Assembly (NCBI GenBank): GCA_045805065.1
Contig: JBJMMA010000211.1
Location: forward strand, 1-16,932
Source of the DNA: Bdellovibrionia bacterium
GTDB taxonomy: Bacteria > Bdellovibrionota > UBA1018
Length of the DNA stretch: 16,932 nucleotides
Direction: 5' to 3'
The first letter of the stretch is position 1. Every line of letters begins with the position of its first letter. Shown here piece after piece: positions 8,892-16,193 of the stretch. A model generated the notes under the pieces. That model had not been told where the DNA came from, did no database searches, and saw nothing but the letters and a program-made list of their open reading frames with translations. The translations under genes were made by a program, and so were the position numbers.

Positions 8892-10145
8892 TTACGTGCT
8901 GGTCGAGATCTCCTGAATCCCTTTCACTACTTGATCCAAAGTCATGGCTTGCGGAAACCACTGACGACCCGTCAGCTGATTGGCCAAAGCCTGGTAAAGA
9001 TTCGTCGCAAGCTCTTTATGGCGCGGAGTCAGCACGGGAGGCTGCTCTGCTGCAAGCTTCTTCCACTCAGCCACTCCATGAGAACGACCGAGCTCTTTCG
9101 CGCGGTTCACGGCTTGATACCAGCTGGATCCACGATAGAAGTTTCGTAGGAATTCTTTGGAGAGCTGAACGCCATTCTTCAAAAGGCGGAGCTCATCTGG
9201 ACCCACAGCGTCCACGAGCATTACGTCGCCACTTTCAAGAAGCGCCCACTCAAGCTTCCCGTCCGCCAGCTCAACTCCGGAACGGGCACAAAGGGATTTG
9301 AGCCATCCTGCAACCCAAGCAGTCTTCAGAAGTAAACGCTGCATCTGAGCGCCAGAAAGACCCGAGATCGCAAGAGCCTCAGTCAGAGTCAGCGGACGAT
9401 CCGTTGTTTCAAGTTTTGTGAAAAGCTCAAGAACCGGGAAATCCCACTTTTCGCCTTCAGCGACTTTAAAATCGCCAAAGCCAATCGAAGCCATATAGCC
9501 CGGATCGCGCGCCACGCGCTCAGATAAAGAGCTTCCTTGTGGACAGCTGAAGCGGAAAATCACTTCCAATGGAATCAACCGAGGCGCCGGAGCATTCCGA
9601 GTCGGAAGATAATCTGGAACAGCACGTCCCAAAACGGTTTGCATTGCAGGCTTCACGACCGAAACTTGTTTGACAGCAAGATGGCGCGCAGGCTTTTGAA
9701 GATCAGAAAGCGGAAGCGGACGCAAAGCACCTGGCGACATTTCACGCTCACTGGAAGCTTCTTGAAGCATTCCAATGTAATGAGTTCTCAAGCCCGACTT
9801 CTGCAGCTCTTCACCCAGCTCATTAAAGCTTGCACCAAAGCGATTGCCTTTTCTCAAGGCCGTGGCATCCGGTGTGCGGGAAAACTCCTTCCACGTCTCC
9901 GGGCGTTCAATCTTTTCAAACCAATCCGCGGCGATCAGCGCAAGCGAATGCCCCTTCTTCGCCAGAAGATCCGGCATCCGGCCCCAATCAAAAACAGAGT
10001 ACGCATCGGAATAGTCAAAGACCACGCCAGGAACGTTGCCATCTTTGCTTGCCAGATCCGTAGGACCGCGAAGGTCTTTGACTGAGCCCCGATACAAAAC
10101 CGAAAAAGAGGATGGATAAAAATGAGAATTCATCACTTGTGACAT
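8892..10145 (-). CDS. purC: SAICAR synthetase, long divergent type (417 aa)
   Basis: Motifs YRGSVKD, SDAYSVFD, IPLEVIFR, FTKLETTD, LADGKLE, LVDAVGPDELR and LSKEFLR. It lies within the pur operon, with SD-like GAGAGGA upstream. Confidence 0.93.
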   Translation of the reverse strand: MSQVMNSHFYPSSFSVLYRGSVKDLRGPTDLASKDGNVPGVVFDYSDAYSVFDWGRMPDLLAKKGHSLALIAADWFEKIERPETWKEFSRTPDATALRKGNRFGASFNELGEELQKSGLRTHYIGMLQEASSEREMSPGALRPLPLSDLQKPARHLAVKQVSVVKPAMQTVLGRAVPDYLPTRNAPAPRLIPLEVIFRFSCPQGSSLSERVARDPGYMASIGFGDFKVAEGEKWDFPVLELFTKLETTDRPLTLTEALAISGLSGAQMQRLLLKTAWVAGWLKSLCARSGVELADGKLEWALLESGDVMLVDAVGPDELRLLKNGVQLSKEFLRNFYRGSSWYQAVNRAKELGRSHGVAEWKKLAAEQPPVLTPRHKELATNLYQALANQLTGRQWFPQAMTLDQVVKGIQEISTST

Positions 10146-10166
10146 ACTGTCGTTCCTCTCGTTTTG

Positions 10167-11708
10167 TTACGATGCTTTGCCGTCGCGATCCATTTTTCTC
10201 GCGGCAGCAAAACCTTTAGCCGAAGCTGCAACATCAGTCGGATACTTGCCATCCAGGCAAGCGGTACATGGGTTCATTAAAGTTTTAGAGCTACACGCTG
10301 AAGAAGCAGTCTGAGCATCCGTAATGGACTGCTTCAAGCCTTCCACATCTTGATAGATCACGGCATCAGCACCCATCTCTTGCTCAATCTCAGCAAGCGA
10401 GCGGCCTGACGCAATCAGCTCAGATCTCTCTGGGAAATCGATTCCGTAATAACAAGGATGCTGAATCGGAGGACAGGTCGACACAAAGTAAACCTTCGCC
10501 GCCCCTGCCTTGCGAACCAGATCAATAATCTTTTTGGAAGTCGTTCCACGAACAATCGAGTCGTCGACGAGAATCACGCGCTTTCCTTCGATCTCAGAGC
10601 GCACGGGAGAAAGCTTCAAGTTCACTGCCTTTTGGCGTTTCTCTTGAGAATCCAGAATAAAGGTTCGCTTGATGTATCGATTCTTGATGAGAACCTCGCG
10701 ATAAGGAATCGCAAGCTCTTCCGCCAATGCGATGGCAGCGATTCGCGAAGTCTCAGGGATCGGAACAATGATATCGGCTTCGATTTGTCGATCCTGAATC
10801 TGACGCTTGAGCTGGCGAGCCAGGCTCTTGCCTAACTGAATGCGGGATCCATAAACCGGTACGCCATCAATCTCGCTCTCAGGTGACGCAAAGTACACCC
10901 ACTCAAACATGCAGTGGCGCTTTCCACGCTGATCAAGAACGCGCGTATGAACCTTACCCTTCATATCGATGAAGATGACTTCGCCGGGTTCGATATTTCG
11001 AACCACGTCATAACCCAGGAATGAAAGCGCAACGCTTTCAGACGCGAGACAATGCGCCTCACCGCTTTCAAGCGAGCCAACGATATCGCTATCTCTCCGA
11101 ACCAGGCGCTTGCCCCAGACGAGCGGCCGGATACCATGCGGATCTCTGAAAGCGACCATTCCATGATCAGCGACCATGGTGATAATGCTGTAACTGCCGT
11201 TCACCCGGCGATAAACTTGTTGAACCGAGCGGCAAATGCTTTCAAACATCCGCTCGCTGGTCGCATCAGGAGAAGAATCCGAGTCCTTCGCCAAGCCTTC
11301 GGCAAAAAGATTCAAAACGATTTCTGTATCCGAATGAGTCAGCAGATGACGACGTGATTGCGTCTTCAAATCATGCTTGAGCTCGTCGACGTTCATGATG
11401 TTTCCGTTGTGAACGATTCCCAGACCAAACGGGTAGTTCATCACGAACGGCTGAACATCAACCAGGTCGCCTCGACCAATTGTACTGTAACGAGCATGGC
11501 CCAAAGCCATGTTGCCCGTCAGCGTTTGCATATTGTCGCGGGTAAATACGGATTCGACGAGACCGATGTTTTTCACTCGGTGAAAACCGTCCGAATCGTA
11601 CGACAGAATGCCGGCCGCATCTTGGCCGCGGTGTTGAAGCGTAGTGAGACCTAAGAAGGCCTCCCGAGACGCATCGGGGGTGCCGATCAAACCAACGATT
11701 CCACACAT
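10167..11708 (-). CDS. purF: amidophosphoribosyltransferase (glutamine PRPP amidotransferase), 513 aa
   Basis: N-terminal MCGIVG (Ntn nucleophile Cys), LQHRGQDAAG, GHARYST, HNGN, RDPHGIRPL and PRPP-binding LVDDSIVRGTT. Start set at ATG 11708 so that Cys becomes N-terminal after Met removal. Confidence 0.98.
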   Translation of the reverse strand: MCGIVGLIGTPDASREAFLGLTTLQHRGQDAAGILSYDSDGFHRVKNIGLVESVFTRDNMQTLTGNMALGHARYSTIGRGDLVDVQPFVMNYPFGLGIVHNGNIMNVDELKHDLKTQSRRHLLTHSDTEIVLNLFAEGLAKDSDSSPDATSERMFESICRSVQQVYRRVNGSYSIITMVADHGMVAFRDPHGIRPLVWGKRLVRRDSDIVGSLESGEAHCLASESVALSFLGYDVVRNIEPGEVIFIDMKGKVHTRVLDQRGKRHCMFEWVYFASPESEIDGVPVYGSRIQLGKSLARQLKRQIQDRQIEADIIVPIPETSRIAAIALAEELAIPYREVLIKNRYIKRTFILDSQEKRQKAVNLKLSPVRSEIEGKRVILVDDSIVRGTTSKKIIDLVRKAGAAKVYFVSTCPPIQHPCYYGIDFPERSELIASGRSLAEIEQEMGADAVIYQDVEGLKQSITDAQTASSACSSKTLMNPCTACLDGKYPTDVAASAKGFAAARKMDRDGKAS

Positions 11709-11835
11709 AGATGAAACGGATATAGCATAGCGATTATGCAAACGCTTTGGGAATCACGTCAGGAATCATTTAATATTTCGCCTAAATACAGCCGACTGCG
11801 GCGAGTCAAAGTTGAGTCAATCGTTTGACAGGGTA

Positions 11836-11864
11836 TTGAAACTCACCAGACAACCCATTAAGCT
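11836..11864 (+). promoter_or_regulatory. candidate sigma70-type promoter for the small FGKY-motif gene
   Basis: TTGAAA (11836-11841), a 17-nt spacer and TAAGCT (11859-11864), about 40 nt upstream of ATG 11904. Confidence 0.4.
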
Positions 11865-11903
11865 ATCTTCATTACACCTAGATAGGTGGGGAGACTTTTA
11901 AAA

Positions 11904-12128
11904 ATGAGCGCAAGCGGTAGTCCAGTGACGGGCGTTATCGATGAAGGATTAGTGGTCATTGATTTCGGAAAATATGAAGGCAAGACGGTCGAGCAGATCG
12001 CCGATCTTGACCCTAATTTCTACGAACGTCTGGCCAACGAAAAAGAAAGCGGCGTATTTGCCATTCGCCGCCACAAAGACAAAACTTTCCGGCTCTATAT
12101 CAATCCGCTATCGGATATTGACCACTGA
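11904..12128 (+). CDS. small hypothetical protein (74 aa) with FGKYxGK motif (DUF3820/QSregVF_b or ExoX C-terminal-like)
   Basis: GGGGAG SD lies 10 nt before ATG 11904. The segment IDFGKYEGKTVEQIADLDPNFYERL fits the FGK[YH]xG-x-x-(V/I)...DPxY pattern. It fills the otherwise empty space between purF and dapF. Confidence 0.8.
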   Translation: MSASGSPVTGVIDEGLVVIDFGKYEGKTVEQIADLDPNFYERLANEKESGVFAIRRHKDKTFRLYINPLSDIDH

Positions 12129-12939
12129 AAACTTCTTCGGCGGGGCCTTCCATCAGGACTGGCCCCTGCCCTTTCCAGTGAATCAGTAAATTACCACCCG
12201 GCAGTTTCACCGTCACGGGGCTTTGTACTCGCTTTGTTACGAGCGAAGCAACGGCTGATGCACACGCGCCTGTCCCACAGGCAAGCGTGATCCCTGCTCC
12301 TCTTTCCCAAACCCGCACACGAATCGTTTGCGGTCCTTCAACTTTGACGAATTCAACGTTCGTGCGCTCCGGAAAACGAGAATGCGTTTCAATCTCAGCG
12401 CCAAATTTCTCGATGAGCTCATCCGTAAAGAAAACCGCGTGAGGATTTCCCATACTCACTTCATGAAAGGCCAGCTTCCTACCCTGCACCTCAAGCTCAT
12501 GCTCACCTAAAACCTGAGGGGCTCCCATATCGACAATCACATTGCGCCCATGAATATCCGCCCACTTCAGGCCAGCAAGAGTTTCAACTTCATAACGGTT
12601 TTTCGAGGAACCGGAATGATGCGCATGAAAGCGATCATGAAAATAAAGCACCGCCGCGCGAATCCCATTGCCGCACATCTCAGCAACGGACCCGTCAGCA
12701 TTCAAAATATCCATCCGGAAATCAGATGACTTTGCCTGCGCAGGCTTGAGCCAAAGAATCTGATCCGCGCCAATCCCAAACCGGCGATCACACATCGCGC
12801 GTGCAATCTTGGCATCGAGAGGCGTCTTAGAAGGCACAACACTGGGACTTGCGGCAAAGAAATCGTCTACGACAATAAAGTCGTTTCCGATTCCATGCAT
12901 CTTTGTAAAAGTCACTGTGAAAGCAATCGCCCGGGCCAT
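12100..12939 (-). CDS. dapF: diaminopimelate epimerase
   Basis: Motifs FTKMHGIGNDF, CDRRFGIGADQ, NADGSVAEMCGNGIR, SMGNPHAV, NVEFV and RVWERGAGITLACGTGA. Both catalytic Cys are present. Confidence 0.97.
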   Translation of the reverse strand: MARAIAFTVTFTKMHGIGNDFIVVDDFFAASPSVVPSKTPLDAKIARAMCDRRFGIGADQILWLKPAQAKSSDFRMDILNADGSVAEMCGNGIRAAVLYFHDRFHAHHSGSSKNRYEVETLAGLKWADIHGRNVIVDMGAPQVLGEHELEVQGRKLAFHEVSMGNPHAVFFTDELIEKFGAEIETHSRFPERTNVEFVKVEGPQTIRVRVWERGAGITLACGTGACASAVASLVTKRVQSPVTVKLPGGNLLIHWKGQGPVLMEGPAEEVFSGQYPIAD

Positions 12940-12998
12940 ACGCCTTCATAAATACTCTTTTGGCACCGCAATAGCAACGCCAGGCGCAAGGGGATGAA

Positions 12999-15578
12999 TT
13001 AATCCGCCTGCCCTGCACTCGCGTCATCGGTGCTATTTCCCTGCACCTTCTGAAGCACGTTCACCGCTCTACTCGTTATCGCATCGCACGAGGTCAGCTT
13101 ACGCTGACTCACAAGCGACTGCCTATACTCGTTGAACGCCTTAGAAACCTCTTTCTTAGAACTTGCACAAGCTGAGTTCAAAGCAGCACTATCATCTGCA
13201 TATGAAACACTGATTGACTTGTCGGAGTGGCAATAACCATCGAGATCCGACGATACCTCACTCCGTTTGCAATACTGCAAGTTACCGCAGGCATCCCTCA
13301 GACTGGTCAATGCCGCACCGTTCTTCTCTCTTAAAGAATCGCATTGCTCACCCCAGCCATCCAGACGCGCGCCAACTTCGTCCTTCAACGGCACACCCGA
13401 AGGAGCCGCTTCGCTGATGGTGCTGATCAAACTATCAATGTAAGACTTTGGCTTCGTCGCGCAAACCGTAGGCAAGCATTGGCGAGAATATTCATCGATA
13501 TAACTTAAAGAGCGCCGTCCCAGCTCTTCTTTGAACCTGTTTAAGCAGGCTTGCTTCACATTAACCAGCTCAGCAATCATGCGAGCACTTTCTGAATCCT
13601 TATGCCCGTAGTTCTGAATCGCCTGAGCGATTGCAGTGCGAGCATTATCAAACGATTCAGAGCTTGGATCAATCATCCCAAAATCCCCGCCAATAACAGC
13701 CAAAAGATTATCTGGCATTTCATAAAGGCCGTTTTCACCCTTATGAAGAGGCTCTTTTTGAATCGGGCGCATCGTCAGTGAATCAGTCACACCATTCTTA
13801 GACAAGACAGCTTTTAACTGGGTCATCCGAGCCTTGAGCGCGTCATTTTGAACACTCAAGACTTGAGACATCTGGTTCTTGAACTGCTCAAGCGATTGGT
13901 TGGCTTGCTGAATATAGTTCTTCTTGGTCTGCTCGAGCTTTTGGGATTCGCTCGTCAAATTATTTGTCAGATTCTGCATGGCCGTCACGCAGCCATTCAC
14001 GCCATTACAAGTGAACGTGAATTGCGTGACCGGATTGGTGCTATTTCCTTTCACCATAACAGTGACTGAGGAGTTCGGAGTATTGCCCGTATAAGCGCCA
14101 TCCAGATTGGTCGCCAGATCCTTTGCGCATTGAAGCATGCCGGAAATCGGAGTGCTCGATGAAGTACATTTGCTCGTATCCAGAGGCGCGGTCACGCCCA
14201 TCTCGCTCCAGAACTTCGTGTACATGTCACCATAGGTTTTGTAGTACTGAATGAAGTTGTCACGAATGTTCTTTTGCTGATTTTGCATGAAAGAAACCGA
14301 GAGCGAATACTGAGACGTTGGATCGCTCATGGAGCTCGTCACGGTAGACTGAGCATCTTCATAGCATTGCTCAAACTTGTTCAGGAAAAGCGCCTTCACA
14401 TCCAGGCCATCCAGATTGAAAGCCGCAAGCTGACTTCCATAGAGAGTCAAAATATCTTGTGGCGTTTTGATGCGATAGATATCGCCTGCCTGGGCTTGCT
14501 GGGCTTGAGCTTCCTGCTGAGTAGTTGCAGCAAGTTTGGTGTCTGAGGCCATGTTTGAGAAAATCGACTGAAACAGAGCATCCAGCGCAGCCTTTTTGGA
14601 CTGAGCTTGAGCCTGATTGGACTTGTTGTTTCGTTGAATCTGGCCATTTACCGAGCGAGAAAGCTCGTAATACTTGGCTTCAATCAATTGAGCAAAGGAG
14701 CAGGAATCCGTGGAGTTCACGCTGCACTGATAGCGTGCATCAGGTGAAGCAAAGCACTGCTTGGCGAGCGCCATCTTCTGATTTTGAACGCGCTGCTGAA
14801 ACACTTGCTGTTGCTGATTATAACCTGTGATCGTGTCCTCAAAACCCTTCACTGCTTGTGGAAGCTGACTTGCAATCACCTTTTGCAGCTCATTTTGAAG
14901 TTTGAGCAAGCCCATCGTTCCGCCTGGGCCGCCGCCGAGCTTTTCGCCGATGAACTTCAATTGATTCTGACGATCCGTGATGACGGTCTCGATTTGAGAA
15001 AGATCTTTCTGAGCCGTTTGGAAGTTCTGCTGCAGAGTGGATTGAAGAGACTTGATCTGATTAGCCAGAAGCTCGTTCTGCTGACTGATACATCCAAGCT
15101 CTTTGCTTGCCTCTTGAAGCTGACCTTCCTTCGCTTTTACGCAGCAATTCGAAGCTTGAGCTTGCCCTAAGGCAGAATCAAAAATCGCATTAATCGCTCT
15201 TTCGTCGCGATCCAAGGGACACGCTGGCGCCTGAGAGCTCCCCCCAATGGTACAACTATCCGCCTTCACATTGGCGCAGGCCATTGGATCGTTCTTTCCG
15301 CCAGTGCCCTTGCCAGTCGTGAGCTGAACAATCGAATTCACCAGAGGATCCAGCTGATTCTGGCCAACGCTGAAACAGCTGCCGTAAAGATTCGAAAGCG
15401 ATTGAGCCTGGGCAACCTGAAAGTTGACCGGGGTCATAGAAGGATTAAACGGCGAATACGAAGTTGCAGGCACTGGGTTCGTATCAGCTTCAGCCACGGG
15501 TACCGCTGGCCCCACCAGCGACACAAGTTGGCTAAGAATCAGGCCTAACGTCAGTGCAGATCGTTTGCGGCTCACCAT
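12999..15578 (-). CDS. large secreted Gln-rich, Cys-rich coiled-coil hypothetical protein (859 aa)
   Basis: 2.6-kb ORF with GGGAG SD 7 nt before ATG 15578. Signal-peptide-like N-terminus MVSRKRSALTLGLILSQLVSLVGPAVPVAEA|D. I counted 24 Cys. Several heptad-like Q/L/K-rich stretches; no enzyme motif recognised. Confidence 0.9.
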   Translation of the reverse strand: MVSRKRSALTLGLILSQLVSLVGPAVPVAEADTNPVPATSYSPFNPSMTPVNFQVAQAQSLSNLYGSCFSVGQNQLDPLVNSIVQLTTGKGTGGKNDPMACANVKADSCTIGGSSQAPACPLDRDERAINAIFDSALGQAQASNCCVKAKEGQLQEASKELGCISQQNELLANQIKSLQSTLQQNFQTAQKDLSQIETVITDRQNQLKFIGEKLGGGPGGTMGLLKLQNELQKVIASQLPQAVKGFEDTITGYNQQQQVFQQRVQNQKMALAKQCFASPDARYQCSVNSTDSCSFAQLIEAKYYELSRSVNGQIQRNNKSNQAQAQSKKAALDALFQSIFSNMASDTKLAATTQQEAQAQQAQAGDIYRIKTPQDILTLYGSQLAAFNLDGLDVKALFLNKFEQCYEDAQSTVTSSMSDPTSQYSLSVSFMQNQQKNIRDNFIQYYKTYGDMYTKFWSEMGVTAPLDTSKCTSSSTPISGMLQCAKDLATNLDGAYTGNTPNSSVTVMVKGNSTNPVTQFTFTCNGVNGCVTAMQNLTNNLTSESQKLEQTKKNYIQQANQSLEQFKNQMSQVLSVQNDALKARMTQLKAVLSKNGVTDSLTMRPIQKEPLHKGENGLYEMPDNLLAVIGGDFGMIDPSSESFDNARTAIAQAIQNYGHKDSESARMIAELVNVKQACLNRFKEELGRRSLSYIDEYSRQCLPTVCATKPKSYIDSLISTISEAAPSGVPLKDEVGARLDGWGEQCDSLREKNGAALTSLRDACGNLQYCKRSEVSSDLDGYCHSDKSISVSYADDSAALNSACASSKKEVSKAFNEYRQSLVSQRKLTSCDAITSRAVNVLQKVQGNSTDDASAGQAD

Positions 15579-15635
15579 TGAAAGTCTCCCTATCCCCATC
15601 GAGTCGTCTAAAAGTTCGGAGTTATCCTACTTTCG

Positions 15636-15663
15636 TTATCGGAAGGTTCTGCCAAAAACTTGA
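15636..15663 (-). promoter_or_regulatory. candidate sigma28 (FliA) promoter upstream of the 859-aa gene
   Basis: The minus strand reads TCAAG-tttttggcagaacct (15 nt)-TCCGATAA, close to the FliA consensus T(A/C)AAG...GCCGATAA. It ends 57 nt upstream of the ATG and is oriented toward it. Confidence 0.6.
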
Positions 15664-15770
15664 CCGACCCCACCCCGAAAACCTGTCTAAAACCAAAAAT
15701 GGATAGTAATATCGTATATTTAATAAATAGGACTGCAACTTAAATTAACTCCTGTGATATCGGTATCTCC

Positions 15771-16193
15771 GTGCTCGAAATTGGCTTTCATATCAGCATC
15801 CCCGATTCCGAAATTGAATTCTCCTTTGTCAGGAGTTCAGGCCCCGGTGGCCAGAACGTGAACAAGGTGAACAGCAAAGCCGTGCTCCGATGGAGCCTCA
15901 CCCAAAGTCCAAGCCTACCTGAGTGGATGCGCGCAAGACTCCTGCATCGCTTAGGCGATCAACTCACCCGAACGGGCGAAATCATCATTTCGAGCGATCG
16001 ATTCCGAGATCAGGGAAAGAATCGAGAGGATTGCCTGGAGAAGCTTCAAGCGATGCTTAGCAGCGCGGCAATTCCAGAGAAGATCAGAAAAGCAACTCGC
16101 CCGACCTTCTCCAGCAAGAGAAAGACGGGCGAACAGAAAAAACGGAATTCAGAGAAAAAGAAGCTTCGTCGATCTTCGGGCTACGAGGACTAA
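15771..16193 (+). CDS. arfB: alternative ribosome rescue peptidyl-tRNA hydrolase ArfB (YaeJ)
   Basis: 140 aa with the GGQ motif in RSSGPGGQNVNKV, the segment RDQGKNREDC, and a basic C-terminal tail RKATRPTFSSKRK...KKRNSEKKKLRR. GTG start. Confidence 0.95.
   Translation: MLEIGFHISIPDSEIEFSFVRSSGPGGQNVNKVNSKAVLRWSLTQSPSLPEWMRARLLHRLGDQLTRTGEIIISSDRFRDQGKNREDCLEKLQAMLSSAAIPEKIRKATRPTFSSKRKTGEQKKRNSEKKKLRRSSGYED

Noticed and set aside
8890..8961. Longer ORF-track starts for purD (8961), purQ (3889), the small gene (11886) and the large gene (15599)
   Set aside because: The downstream ATGs fit family N-termini, stop-start coupling or SD placement better.
11709..11741. Upstream TTG giving PurF a Bacillus-like propeptide
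   Set aside because: The extension lacks the acidic residues preceding Cys in propeptides and has no SD. An ATG sits directly before the catalytic Cys.
11825..11830. Perfect TTGACA -35 hexamer on the plus strand
   Set aside because: There is no acceptable -10 element 16-18 nt downstream. The TTGAAA/TAAGCT pair fits better.
11709..11903. Purine, ZTP or PRPP riboswitch upstream of purF
   Set aside because: I could not find the conserved aptamer motifs or a terminator. Only 5-bp stems such as TCGCC/GGCGA are present. An Rfam/Infernal scan would settle it.
12601..12645. His-rich patch FHDRFHAHHSGSSK in DapF as a metal site
   Set aside because: It is short and sits in what is probably a variable surface loop. 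DapF is cofactor-independent and there is no further support.
12961..12982. Hairpin between the large gene and dapF as a terminator
   Set aside because: The stem needs three G-U pairs and is followed by A residues rather than a U-tract on the coding strand.
12999..13800. Lower-GC 3' end of the large gene as a foreign C-terminal cassette
   Set aside because: Spot counts by hand gave only a small difference from the rest of the gene, which cannot be supported without a sliding-window computation.
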